Source: Candidatus Heimdallarchaeota archaeon
Lineage (GTDB): Archaea; Asgardarchaeota; Heimdallarchaeia; Heimdallarchaeales; Heimdallarchaeaceae
DNA: 64,000 nt
Assembly: GCA_023270155.1 (NCBI GenBank)
Contig: JAGLTB010000040.1
Span: 5,644 to 69,643, forward strand
Direction: 5' to 3'
How positions within the stretch are numbered: the first letter of the stretch is position 1; every line of letters begins with the position of its first letter. Positions 48,245-57,928 of this stretch are shown here, one piece after another. The notes below the pieces were generated by a model that ran no database searches, was not told the origin of the DNA, and was given only the letters and a program-made list of their open reading frames with translations. Made by a program: the position numbers and the translations under genes.

Positions 48245-48730
48245 ATGAGCTTATATGAGACAATTTGGAAAGATGAAAGGAATCGAACAATTCTAATCAC
48301 ATCAATATTATCGATAACGTGTTTGATTTTTGCAATTTTATTTGCAAGTATAGATCAAACAAGTGCTCCAGAATGGATTAAAGGATTTTATCCTGACTTA
48401 AATAGTGTAGATTTACCTTATAAAGCAGGATTGACAATTATTGAGTTTCTTCTAATGTCTGGTTTTTATTTCTTCTTCCTTATAGCGATAGCAACTTATA
48501 GCGAACTCAGAGCCAAACTTCCTTCTTGGGGAATAATAGTAATCAGTGCAGTTATTTCCTTGTTAATAACATGGTTCATAACCTCGATACATCCCGCAGG
48601 TCCAGCTTTACCTACAAATTTTACTACAGGAATGCAATGGACTGTATTTGGTGTGTTGTTAGCTGTAATCATTCTTTCAGTAGTGTATATCTTCTTTACT
48701 GAAGCACCAGATGAAGAAAAAAGCAATTAA
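48245..48730 (+). CDS. 4-TM membrane protein, hypothetical
   Basis: Hydrophobic helices. The ATG at 48245 is preferred over the ORF-track start. Confidence 0.35.
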   Translation: MSLYETIWKDERNRTILITSILSITCLIFAILFASIDQTSAPEWIKGFYPDLNSVDLPYKAGLTIIEFLLMSGFYFFFLIAIATYSELRAKLPSWGIIVISAVISLLITWFITSIHPAGPALPTNFTTGMQWTVFGVLLAVIILSVVYIFFTEAPDEEKSN

Positions 48731-48756
48731 GTAAAACTTAGTTTTCAAAAAAATAA

Positions 48757-49179
48757 CTATGAAGAAGCAACCTCAGTTATCAATTCTTCAAGAGATTTGC
48801 TTCCATCTTTTGCAACTTTCATATTGATTTGATAGGATACTTCTGAGATTATATTTCCTCTAACTGATTTCTTAACTCGTCTTCCCTTTCTTGGAACGCG
48901 ATACCCAGTTCCACCTTTGAGGAGGTACTTTCTTCTACCTGAACCTTCGATGCTTGCTCTGTGGGGAAAACCATCCGTATCACTTCCACCTGTAATGATT
49001 AGCTCATAATTTGGTAATCCTATAAGATTTCCATCAACCTTTGCTCCGATTTGTAAACCAATCAAAGAATTTGCTTGAGCTTCTCTAACTATTTTTGTGT
49101 GACACTTTCCGTTTTTGTCTCCAATATTAAGTTTAAATTCTAGTTGTCTTGAATCTTTTGACATTTTGATATTCCTCAA
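48757..49179 (-). CDS. rps6e: ribosomal protein S6e
   Basis: LIGLQIGAKVDGNLIGLPNYELIITGGSDTDGFPHR and KKSVRGNIIS are collinear with archaeal S6e. Confidence 0.8.
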   Translation of the reverse strand: MRNIKMSKDSRQLEFKLNIGDKNGKCHTKIVREAQANSLIGLQIGAKVDGNLIGLPNYELIITGGSDTDGFPHRASIEGSGRRKYLLKGGTGYRVPRKGRRVKKSVRGNIISEVSYQINMKVAKDGSKSLEELITEVASS

Positions 49180-49356
49180 TGACTTGCTTTATACTACAAG
49201 TTATAGTATTGAATAATAATTAGCCAAATATTATGCTTTTAACGGTTTTTATCTTTAACAAATTATTTTCAAGAGAAACTAGCACAAAAATACCAAAAAA
49301 AATCACTTTTGTGTTATAATTTAACCCGGATTTTGCATTTCGAATATTCAGCCAAG

Positions 49357-49364
49357 TTTAAATA
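49357..49364 (+). promoter_or_regulatory. candidate TATA box (TTTAAATA) upstream of tfb
   Basis: Archaeal TATA-box consensus about 42-49 nt upstream of the tfb ATG, with a purine-rich stretch just upstream (possible BRE). Confidence 0.3.
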
Positions 49365-49405
49365 TGTGATAGTTAAAATATAGTCCAGACTGATTCGGTG
49401 TATGT

Positions 49406-50353
49406 ATGACTCCTGAGCCAATTAATGTTACTAGTAGTTTAGAACCATCGCTTCCTCGATGCCCCGATTGCAATTCTACAAAACTGACTTTTGATTCCTC
49501 TAGAGGAGAAATAAGTTGTGGAAGTTGCGGGTTAGTTGTAGAGGATTCTTATATTGATCAAACTGCTGAATGGAGAGCATATTCAAAGGAACAACATATC
49601 AAAAGAGCAAGGACAGGAACACCAAAAAACCTTCTTAGTTACGATCATTATGGTACTCTTATTGATTATTCAAACAAAGATATCTATGGCAACTCTCTCT
49701 CACCAGAGAAAGCCAGTCAAATGTTTCGATTGAGAACACTACAAAGAAGAGCAGTGCTTCAGTATGGAACAGAAAGAAATCTATTAAGAGCTTTGAATGA
49801 GATTAAGCGAATTAGTAGCCAATTAAATTTAACAGTGAAGGTTAGAGAAACAGCAGCAATGATTTATCGTAAGATTTTGAAAACTGGACTAGTTAGAGGA
49901 AGATCAACTGAAGCATTGGTTTCTGCAGCACTTTATTTATCATGTAGGCTACATAAACATCCAGCAAGTCTTGACGATGTTGCAGATAAAACTCGTTTAA
50001 CCAAAAAGAAATTAGCAAAAAATTTCAGGTTGCTCTTAAAACACTTGGATTTGAAAATGCCATTAGCAAGTCCAGAAAGCAGTATTGCTAAATTTGCTTC
50101 AGCATTGAATTTTTCACCAAAAGTTCTTTCAGATGCTCAGAATATTTTAGCTCAAGCAAAAGCAGCAAAAATAACAGTTGGAAAAAATCCTAACTCACTT
50201 GCTGCAGCAGCTTTGTATATTTCAGCCTTACAAAACAAAATTAAATGCCCACAAAATGAGATAGCTAAAACTTGTCAAATCACTGAAGTCACTCTACGAA
50301 ATCGATACAAAGAATTCATACGAGTTCTAAAACTAAAAGTAAATATTTTGTAG
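49406..50353 (+). CDS. tfb: transcription initiation factor TFB (TFIIB)
   Basis: N-terminal zinc ribbon CPDCNS..CGSCG, then two cyclin-fold repeats. 315 aa. Confidence 0.85.
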   Translation: MTPEPINVTSSLEPSLPRCPDCNSTKLTFDSSRGEISCGSCGLVVEDSYIDQTAEWRAYSKEQHIKRARTGTPKNLLSYDHYGTLIDYSNKDIYGNSLSPEKASQMFRLRTLQRRAVLQYGTERNLLRALNEIKRISSQLNLTVKVRETAAMIYRKILKTGLVRGRSTEALVSAALYLSCRLHKHPASLDDVADKTRLTKKKLAKNFRLLLKHLDLKMPLASPESSIAKFASALNFSPKVLSDAQNILAQAKAAKITVGKNPNSLAAAALYISALQNKIKCPQNEIAKTCQITEVTLRNRYKEFIRVLKLKVNIL

Positions 50354-50764
50354 TTAATGATTGAGAACTTTTATTATAGTCACATCTTTTACTTCAGCAA
50401 TAGATTGTAAGATATCATTTATATCTTCAATTTCCTTAGTCAAATCCTTTTCTTGTAGAAAGCCTTCCCAAAAACACCTATTCTCAACTAAGCATAGACC
50501 TGTACTGTATATAACCTTAGCAGCGAATTCAGAAATTTTTGTCATAATTTTTGCAACTATTTCAGGAGTTAAAGGATATATTTGAATACTAAGTTTGTAA
50601 ACATCGGAAATTACAGGAAAGAAGTATACAGCTCGAGCATTCATCGAATATATACTTAGTATGCTGTTTGATTTAGTTATTTCAGAGAGAGCAGCAATGA
50701 CAGTATCAGAAATTTTAACATCATCTGCATTTTTGTATATTGAAGAATGGGTCAGTTCTTCCAT
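50354..50764 (-). CDS. hypothetical protein (possible roadblock/ACT-like small alpha/beta domain)
   Basis: 136 aa. Alternating hydrophobic pattern but no clear motif. Confidence 0.25.
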   Translation of the reverse strand: MEELTHSSIYKNADDVKISDTVIAALSEITKSNSILSIYSMNARAVYFFPVISDVYKLSIQIYPLTPEIVAKIMTKISEFAAKVIYSTGLCLVENRCFWEGFLQEKDLTKEIEDINDILQSIAEVKDVTIIKVLNH

Positions 50765-50917
50765 AATATATTCACCTAATTAGGTTTTACAATTGAGTAA
50801 TATTGCTATTAATCACTTACATTTGAATATATTGTTTTAACATTTAACTCTTTCCTCAATTGAAATCAATAGGAAAATCGAAAGGGTCTAATAATGAGAA
50901 GTACAACCAATAATAGA

Positions 50918-51505
50918 ATGGAATTATTTTTTGTAACACATAATGAGGTAAAATACAAAGAGGCAAAACAAATTGGCCTAGAGTATAATCTAAAGATAGA
51001 TTGGATCAATCTGGAATATGAAGAAAACCAGGAGGATGATATTGAAAAGATTGCACTATTTAGTTGCAACAACTTAATCAAAACAAATCCTGAAATAAAG
51101 GCAAAAAATTTCTTTCTTGAGGATGCAGGATTATTTATAGAAGCGTTTAATGGATTTCCAGGCCCCTATTCTTCTTATGTTTTCCAAAAAATTGGTAATA
51201 AAGGAATATTAACCTTGATGAAGAATAGAGAAAATAGAAAAGCAAGATTCAAATCTGTTGCTGCATTATATTATGAAGGAGAGATTTCACTCCATTATGG
51301 AGTTACTGAAGGAGAGATAATATATAAAGAGAAGGGGGAGGAAGGATTTGGATTTGATCCTATTTTCCAGCCCATTTCAAGCCATCTAACCTTTGCGGAG
51401 ATGTCTCTCAAAACCAAGAATTTATATTCCCATCGTCAAAAGTCACTTCGAGAGTTATTCATCTCAAAAACCACCTTCTCTAAAAAATCAAACACGGTGA
51501 AATAG
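50918..51505 (+). CDS. non-canonical purine NTP pyrophosphatase (Ham1/ITPase)
   Basis: FGFDPIFQP and TFAEMSLKTKNLYSHRQKSL motifs. An internal ATG at 50918 is preferred as the start. Confidence 0.7.
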   Translation: MELFFVTHNEVKYKEAKQIGLEYNLKIDWINLEYEENQEDDIEKIALFSCNNLIKTNPEIKAKNFFLEDAGLFIEAFNGFPGPYSSYVFQKIGNKGILTLMKNRENRKARFKSVAALYYEGEISLHYGVTEGEIIYKEKGEEGFGFDPIFQPISSHLTFAEMSLKTKNLYSHRQKSLRELFISKTTFSKKSNTVK

Positions 51506-51958
51506 ATGGCAAGGATGCACGCAAGGAAAAGAGGACAAGCTAGTTCAACAAGACCCTATAGAAACCAAGCACCCGAATGGTTATCCCATGATAAGAAGTT
51601 CATTAGTAAGAAGGTAGAAGAATTACGAAGGCAAGGGCAATCAACTGCCATGATAGGAGTAATTCTTCGAGACCAATACGGAGTACCTAATGTAAAAGAA
51701 GCTTTAGGAACTAAAATGGCTACACTAGTTGATGAGCTCAATTTGAGTCCAAAGTATCCTGAAGACTTAGTAAATCTTGTAAAACAAGCTAGCAATGTTA
51801 GAAGACATCTTGAAGATAATAGGAAGGATTTACACAGCAAAAGAGGATTACAACTCATTGAGTCAAAAATACGAAGATTGGTCAAATATTATAAGAAGAA
51901 AGGTATTTTTGCACCTGACTGGAAGTATGACCCACAAAAAGCAGGCTTATTACTCTAA
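51506..51958 (+). CDS. rps15p: ribosomal protein S15P/S13e
   Basis: MARMHARKRG start and a conserved S13e core. Confidence 0.85.
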   Translation: MARMHARKRGQASSTRPYRNQAPEWLSHDKKFISKKVEELRRQGQSTAMIGVILRDQYGVPNVKEALGTKMATLVDELNLSPKYPEDLVNLVKQASNVRRHLEDNRKDLHSKRGLQLIESKIRRLVKYYKKKGIFAPDWKYDPQKAGLLL

Positions 51959-52013
51959 GATGCGATATTTTTTTATCCTTCATACCCTATTTTATTTGAA
52001 ATTGTGAAAACTA

Positions 52014-53522
52014 ATGCCGCCTATAGATATCCCTTTTGAGAAATATCAATCATTAAAAGATAAAGCGAAAGAAATTGCAGATATTTTACAAAATCTAAAT
52101 AGAAATGTCGCTGTTATAGCAAGGGTAACTCCAGATGATTTATGTGCAACAGGTATTTTGCTAAAGTGTCTGCGCAATTTGGATATTGGAGCTCATTCTT
52201 TATTTGTCGATGAGACAACTAATCTAGAAAGAAAGATTAAAAATTTTGATTATTCAGCTTATATCTTCATAGGCTACAAGATTGAAGATATTCCAGAATT
52301 AGTTATAAAAGAAGAAAAAAACATCATTATTATTGTAAATCAAGAACTTACTTTTTCAAAAGAAATGGAAAGAAGAAAAGAAGATGTAAGTTATTTAAAT
52401 TTAGAAGAATTAGAAATTCCATTGGGATCGGTTTCAAATGCAGGACTTGTTTATTTTATTTCAGCAAACATAGATGATAATTATCCAAAATATGCAGGAT
52501 TAGCAATTATTGGTGGATTATCTAAGAAGCAAGTCAACCCAAAAAATCAGGAATTAATAGGTTTGAATAAGATAATCCTAGAAGAAGGAAGGGAGAAACA
52601 ATACCTGGACATATCTAAAGGAACTAGAATCGCGGGTAGAGAGAGTCAACCGATCCATTTAGCGCTTAAGTATTCAATAAATCCTTATTTCCCAGGACTC
52701 ACTGGTAATGAAAGTGCATGTACATCCTTTGTTTCACGATTAGGAATACCAATGAGAGATCAAGAGGATAATTGGAGAGCAATTGCATCTCTCTCCTCAA
52801 AGGAAACAAAGAAACTCAACGATGGTTTGATATCTTTGCTCATGGAAAATGACAATCATCCTCTTTCCGATATTCATAAACTCATTGGACCAATCTATAC
52901 ACTAACTCAAGAAACAAAGAAGAATCAAACAAGAAATGCAGAAGAATTCTTATGGCTCTTGGAAGGTGCATGTAATCTCAAATTATATGGTTTGGCTATG
53001 GGAGTTGTATTAGGGGACCGAACTAAATTATTTGATAAATTAATTAGGAAACTAAGCGATTATCATGGCAAAGCTACTCAAGCAATTGAAATAATTGCGA
53101 AAGAACCAGAAAAAATCGAAGAAAGAAAGAATTATCGGTTTCTTGATGGAAGCACTGTTTTCGAAAATAATACAGCAAGGCAGGTTATTGATGCCTTGGT
53201 TGAAAGCGGAATAATGCCAATAGATAAACCAATAATTGTTCACTTGAAAGCGGGAAAGAAGATTCATCTACATGTTAGAGAATCACCAATTAACATCCAA
53301 AAAGGTCATCTTATTTATCATGCATTTGAGAAGTTAAAACAAGAAGATATTTTATTAGATCACAAAGGAGAAGTAGAAGCATTTGAAGTTGTTTTGGATG
53401 AAAATGAATTAAGCTCAGTATTTGAGAGTATTGTAAAATCTCTTGAGTATTATGAGAAAGGTGAAACAAAGGACTCAGAAGAAGAAAATGAAAAGAATAA
53501 AGAAAAAGAGAAAACGAAGTAG
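52014..53522 (+). CDS. RecJ/GAN/Cdc45-like DHH-family protein with degenerate catalytic motifs, tentative
   Basis: Sits in the conserved rps15-recJ-like position. VIARVTPDDLCATG sits where DHH motif I (HxDxDG) would be but lacks the His. 502 aa with a Lys/Glu-rich tail. Confidence 0.4.
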   Translation: MPPIDIPFEKYQSLKDKAKEIADILQNLNRNVAVIARVTPDDLCATGILLKCLRNLDIGAHSLFVDETTNLERKIKNFDYSAYIFIGYKIEDIPELVIKEEKNIIIIVNQELTFSKEMERRKEDVSYLNLEELEIPLGSVSNAGLVYFISANIDDNYPKYAGLAIIGGLSKKQVNPKNQELIGLNKIILEEGREKQYLDISKGTRIAGRESQPIHLALKYSINPYFPGLTGNESACTSFVSRLGIPMRDQEDNWRAIASLSSKETKKLNDGLISLLMENDNHPLSDIHKLIGPIYTLTQETKKNQTRNAEEFLWLLEGACNLKLYGLAMGVVLGDRTKLFDKLIRKLSDYHGKATQAIEIIAKEPEKIEERKNYRFLDGSTVFENNTARQVIDALVESGIMPIDKPIIVHLKAGKKIHLHVRESPINIQKGHLIYHAFEKLKQEDILLDHKGEVEAFEVVLDENELSSVFESIVKSLEYYEKGETKDSEEENEKNKEKEKTK

Positions 53523-53528
53523 TATATT

Positions 53529-53786
53529 ATGACATTTCTATCAAAAAAAATCAAATTTGTGATTGAGTGCCTTGATAATGAGCTAGCTCGAATTATTAAA
53601 GAAACTCTCGAACCTGAAAACAAATTATTAGGAGAAAAAACAAAGATAAAAACAGTCACAGATAACAATAGTGTCATAATCGAAATTCAATCATCAGCAA
53701 GCATATCTTCACTTAGACACACAATTGATGATATTGTACTCACAATAGCTACAATAGAGGGAGTATATAAATCAGTAAACAACTAA
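53529..53786 (+). CDS. second Pcc1-like protein (candidate Pcc2 paralogue of KEOPS)
   Basis: 85 aa with KIKFVIECLDNELARIIKETLEPE..NSVIIEIQSSASISSLRHTIDDIVLTI, the Pcc1 fold pattern. Confidence 0.45.
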   Translation: MTFLSKKIKFVIECLDNELARIIKETLEPENKLLGEKTKIKTVTDNNSVIIEIQSSASISSLRHTIDDIVLTIATIEGVYKSVNN

Positions 53787-53859
53787 AAATTAACATATTA
53801 ATCATAATGTTTAAAATCAAAAGAAATGAGAAGAGAACAACATCATAGAGGTTATATCA

Positions 53860-54489
53860 TTGTCATCTCGAAGACCAAGTCGAAAAACAAAAGGAAAAGT
53901 TGTTGACAAATGGAAAGAAAAATCATGGTATGAAGTAATTGCCCCTAGCTACATTACAGATAAACCACTTGGAGAAACACCTGCTAGTGAACCGGAAAAA
54001 TTATTCGGAAGAGTTATTGAAATGGCTAAAATGGGCGTAGTAGAAGATTTGTATCATGATATCAATCTAAAAGTTAGATTCAAAATTACTAAAGTCGAAG
54101 GTAATGTTTGTAGAACTGAGTTTGTTGGGCATGAAGTAGCTAAAGAACAGATCAGGTCACAAATAAGAAGAAATAGATCAAAGATTGAAGCAATTCAAAA
54201 TGTCGTTACAAAAGATAAAGCAAGATTAAGAGTTTCATCCATTGTAATCACCCCCCTGAGATGTGGTGCAAGCACTCAAAAAGACGTCAGAAAAACCATA
54301 GAAGACATTGTTAGAGGAATCGCAAAAGAGCAAATATTCGTGGATTTCGCTAAGAATATGATAAGCGGTTCTATTTCTTCAGAGCTTAAGAAAGCAGTAG
54401 GCAAAATTTATCCTATAGTTTTAGTAGAAGTTAGAAAAAGCAAAGTATTAGTTTTACCTGATACAAAAGGAGCTACAGCAGCTTCTTAA
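53860..54489 (+). CDS. rps3ae: ribosomal protein S3Ae (S1e)
   Basis: KVVDKWKEKSWYEVIAP and a conserved core. 209 aa. Confidence 0.85.
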   Translation: MSSRRPSRKTKGKVVDKWKEKSWYEVIAPSYITDKPLGETPASEPEKLFGRVIEMAKMGVVEDLYHDINLKVRFKITKVEGNVCRTEFVGHEVAKEQIRSQIRRNRSKIEAIQNVVTKDKARLRVSSIVITPLRCGASTQKDVRKTIEDIVRGIAKEQIFVDFAKNMISGSISSELKKAVGKIYPIVLVEVRKSKVLVLPDTKGATAAS

Positions 54490-54525
54490 CTTTCTTTTAA
54501 TAAAACCAGTTATTGTTTTTGCATG

Positions 54526-55725
54526 CTATTTTACAGCTGCTACAATTCTAATTACATCGTTATTTTGTACTTCATAATCTGCGCCTATTCTTCTCCCTGA
54601 AGGAGCAAGTTGACCATGAATGAAATTATTCGCAAAATCTGTGTGGATTTTTGCAGCTAACTCGATAGCAGTCGTTCCTTTAGGAACAAGAAAAGCATCA
54701 GGCAGAATATTTCCTGACTTATCTGTGAATTTAGTTATATCCTCAACAGGATAAACAACAATCATATCGAGTAGATTGAAGACCACATGGGATAATACTG
54801 CTTGAACACCAGTAGAGCCATATTTAACAAGTAAATCTGTCTTAATCTTTTGAATTAAAATCTCTTTTTTATCTCCTAATTTTTCTCTATCTAGTATCTT
54901 GAATTCTGAATCTCCTGGAGAATAAGAAATGGCTTTATTTTCTTGTTCGTTTCTCAGAAATACCTCAACAAGTGCAGAAATTGGAAAGACACCTGATGGT
55001 ATCTTCTCTTTCATTTTTAAGTAATTTTTATGAGAATCCGGTTGGTCAATCTTATTTGCAACAATAATAATTGGTTTGGATTTTTTCCGAATATTAGTAA
55101 CTAACTCTGTTAATTTTTCATCCCATGTTGAAGCATCATCATCGACCATTCCTACTTCTCTAATTGATTCCTCAATATAGTATTTCTTTATAGCTAATCC
55201 TGTTAGCTTATCGTATAGGAGATTTGAAAATCTTTGCTTTTCAGCTGAAGCTTTCTTTTTCATAGTTTCATAATCTCTCTTTATAATTGCTAAAATCCAA
55301 GCATCAATTTCCTCTTCTAAGAATTTCACATCGTCTAGTGGATCCCAAGAACCCTTATCAACAGCATTTCCTTCAGCGTCTAATGAACCACTTGCGTCAA
55401 CTACGTGGATAAGAACATCTGCTTGTCGAAGCTCATCCAGGAATTTATTGCCTAATCCTCTCCCTTCAGAAGCTCCAGGCACTAGTCCCGCGACATCTAA
55501 GAATTGAATAGGTAGGAATCTTATACCATCTTCGCACAACGAGTTTTTGGGATTGTCTTTAACACCAAGATCCTTACATACACATGGACTACGAACATAA
55601 GCTGTACCTCGATTTGGTTCAATTGTTGTAAACGGATAATCTCCTACTTTTGCATTAACCATAGTAAGAGCATTAAGAAAAGTGCTTTTACCACAACTAG
55701 GTTTACCTACAATTCCAATTAACAT
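54526..55725 (-). CDS. ychF: YchF/OLA1-family Obg-like ATPase with C-terminal TGS domain
   Basis: G1 GIVGKPSCGKST, LDVAGLVPGASEGRGLGNKFL (YchF-type G3) and a C-terminal AAKIHTDFANNFI. Confidence 0.7.
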   Translation of the reverse strand: MLIGIVGKPSCGKSTFLNALTMVNAKVGDYPFTTIEPNRGTAYVRSPCVCKDLGVKDNPKNSLCEDGIRFLPIQFLDVAGLVPGASEGRGLGNKFLDELRQADVLIHVVDASGSLDAEGNAVDKGSWDPLDDVKFLEEEIDAWILAIIKRDYETMKKKASAEKQRFSNLLYDKLTGLAIKKYYIEESIREVGMVDDDASTWDEKLTELVTNIRKKSKPIIIVANKIDQPDSHKNYLKMKEKIPSGVFPISALVEVFLRNEQENKAISYSPGDSEFKILDREKLGDKKEILIQKIKTDLLVKYGSTGVQAVLSHVVFNLLDMIVVYPVEDITKFTDKSGNILPDAFLVPKGTTAIELAAKIHTDFANNFIHGQLAPSGRRIGADYEVQNNDVIRIVAAVK

Positions 55726-55833
55726 TATTTTTCTTCTGGATTAAGGAAATAAAGGTTTTTTGTATAATCTGCTTTTTTAGGAGAATATTTACTAGAACTC
55801 AATCTTTTTTAGTTGCTATTCTTCAGTTGAATT

Positions 55834-56190
55834 ATGGAAGAAAAAAAGAAAGAATCGAGAGAATCTGAAATAAAGGAAGAAGAATTCGAAGATCATTTTC
55901 CAGTTCTTTCTAGAGAGATTAAGGAAGGAGAAAATAATATCTCAGAGAGTGAGATGCGCACAGTTTCCGGTTCCAAAAAAGATAGAAAATTTCAAGGTTA
56001 TACTCCAGGTGTTGTAGATTTCTTATGCCGATGTGAAACTGAAGATGAAGCAATGGAAATTATAGAGTATATGCTAAAGAAGGGAGATTTAACAGAAGAA
56101 TATGCAAATATGCTAAGAAATCAATTAAAAGAAAAAGGGTTGGAATTCTTTGGAGAGCACAGAAATCCAGGTCACTATGAAAGAGTGTGA
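55834..56190 (+). CDS. hypothetical acidic small protein
   Basis: 118 aa with a Glu/Lys-rich N-terminus and a Cys pair CRC. Confidence 0.3.
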   Translation: MEEKKKESRESEIKEEEFEDHFPVLSREIKEGENNISESEMRTVSGSKKDRKFQGYTPGVVDFLCRCETEDEAMEIIEYMLKKGDLTEEYANMLRNQLKEKGLEFFGEHRNPGHYERV

Positions 56191-56216
56191 TTTATTTAGC
56201 TAAACACAATCCCAAA

Positions 56217-57440
56217 TTAATTATCTTTTTCTGCCATTTTATAAGCAATTTCACCATTTATGAACGCTATTTTGTTTTCTGCATAGAAGTTTTCAATTGG
56301 GTGATTTGTCCAAATTACTATGTCAGCATCCTTTCCAGCTTCAAGACTGCCTAACCTATCGTCTACACCTATCATCTCAGCAGCATTAATGGTAATTGCT
56401 TTTAGAGCTTCATTGATTGGTAAACCCTCTTTAACAGCCATACATGGAAGTATTTGAAAATGACGTAATCGAGTAAAAGAATCGCTTTGAATTGAGATTT
56501 TTACGCCAGCTTTCCATAGTTTAAATGGGGTTTCAAAGCTTATGTTTCTTAATTCAACTTTTTCCATTCCAACTAAGGACGGTCCAAGAGAACAAGGAAT
56601 ACCTTTTTTTGAAATGTAATCAGCAATTTTATGACCTTCAGTAGCATGAACTAACATAAGATCATAACCAAATTCTTCTTTAAAACGAATAGCAGTGACT
56701 ATATCATTAGCTTGGTGGCAATGCATATTTAGAGGAATTTCATTATTCAAAACTTTCAGAATTACTTCTTTTTTTAAATCTCTATCAGGTTCTGCTGGAA
56801 TCTTATCGATTTCACCTGTTTCTTCAGCTTGCTTCTTCTTCTTTTCATACTCAACCCATTTTTTAGCATAATTTTGTGCATCAATGAAAGCTTGACGGAA
56901 CACAGCACCAGTACCCATTCTTGTAGAAGGCATTTTCTTTTCTGTACCATAGGCTCTTTTTGGATTTTCTCCAAGAGCGGATTTAAGAGATGAAGGTTCT
57001 TTGACAATTAAATCATCTATAATTTTGCTTTTACACCAAGTTTTGATAATGACATTAGTTCCTCCAATGACATTTCCTGATCCAGGACCAGTTTGAATTG
57101 TAGTAACACCACCAATCTTAGCTTCTTCAAGAGCAGGGGTTTCAGGATTTATAGCATCTATGCTCCTCACTTGTGCAGTATTCGGATCAGTCATCTCGTT
57201 TCCATCATAACCAGCCCAACCAACAGTTCCATCCCATAGCCCTTGGTGAGTATGAGTATCTATAAAACCAGGTAAAACGTAATTATTACTAACATCTATT
57301 ATTTCATAACCTTCAGGAGTTTCCTTTCCTTCCAAAACAGCTTCAATTTTACCGTTATTAATTAGGATAGTCCCTTCTTCAATAACTTTCTCTTCTTTAT
57401 TTACGGTATAAATTTTACCGCCTATAACTGCGAATTTCAT
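56217..57440 (-). CDS. metal-dependent amidohydrolase-superfamily enzyme
   Basis: FIDTHTHQG metal-binding motif. 407 aa TIM-barrel amidohydrolase pattern. Confidence 0.6.
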   Translation of the reverse strand: MKFAVIGGKIYTVNKEEKVIEEGTILINNGKIEAVLEGKETPEGYEIIDVSNNYVLPGFIDTHTHQGLWDGTVGWAGYDGNEMTDPNTAQVRSIDAINPETPALEEAKIGGVTTIQTGPGSGNVIGGTNVIIKTWCKSKIIDDLIVKEPSSLKSALGENPKRAYGTEKKMPSTRMGTGAVFRQAFIDAQNYAKKWVEYEKKKKQAEETGEIDKIPAEPDRDLKKEVILKVLNNEIPLNMHCHQANDIVTAIRFKEEFGYDLMLVHATEGHKIADYISKKGIPCSLGPSLVGMEKVELRNISFETPFKLWKAGVKISIQSDSFTRLRHFQILPCMAVKEGLPINEALKAITINAAEMIGVDDRLGSLEAGKDADIVIWTNHPIENFYAENKIAFINGEIAYKMAEKDN

Positions 57441-57577
57441 CTTAATTTAGCTCCTTCAAGCAATTTTTAAACTGATTCCTCTGGACGTGTATTCAGAATA
57501 TTTACTGTAAATCTACTAATCCTCTTTAAGAGTAGAGTTTAAAAGTCAAATTATCTGTAAACTTTCAGTGAATAATT

Positions 57578-57910
57578 ATGAGTACTAACCTAGTTGAAAG
57601 GCTAAAGAAATATGGTAAAGACATGAGTGATTGGGAAAGGATGCGAACGAGCGTTACAGGTGTTTCCATTGTTAAACTTCCATCAAAAGGTGAAGATCTA
57701 ACTTTCGGTCTTGAGCTTTTACCTGTTAAGGAAGATGGAATTCCAGTTAAGAAGAAAGGTCTATTTATTACATCCACAGACCAGTGGGACGCTTTTAAGG
57801 AATTATTCAATAGTCCTAAAGCTTTTGATCTTATAGCAACTATAACAGAATTGAAGAAAGAAAAAGCAGTTGAACCCACCGAAGAATCAGAAGAAGTTTT
57901 TGAGATATAA
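57578..57910 (+). CDS. hypothetical protein
   Basis: 110 aa. No motif. Confidence 0.3.
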   Translation: MSTNLVERLKKYGKDMSDWERMRTSVTGVSIVKLPSKGEDLTFGLELLPVKEDGIPVKKKGLFITSTDQWDAFKELFNSPKAFDLIATITELKKEKAVEPTEESEEVFEI

Positions 57911-57928
57911 AGTTAAGGGGGATAAACA

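Noticed and set aside
50354-50764. Possible roadblock/LC7 assignment for the 136-aa ORF convergent with tfb
   Set aside because: Only a vague alternating hydrophobic pattern is visible and no convincing motif alignment. It is left as hypothetical.
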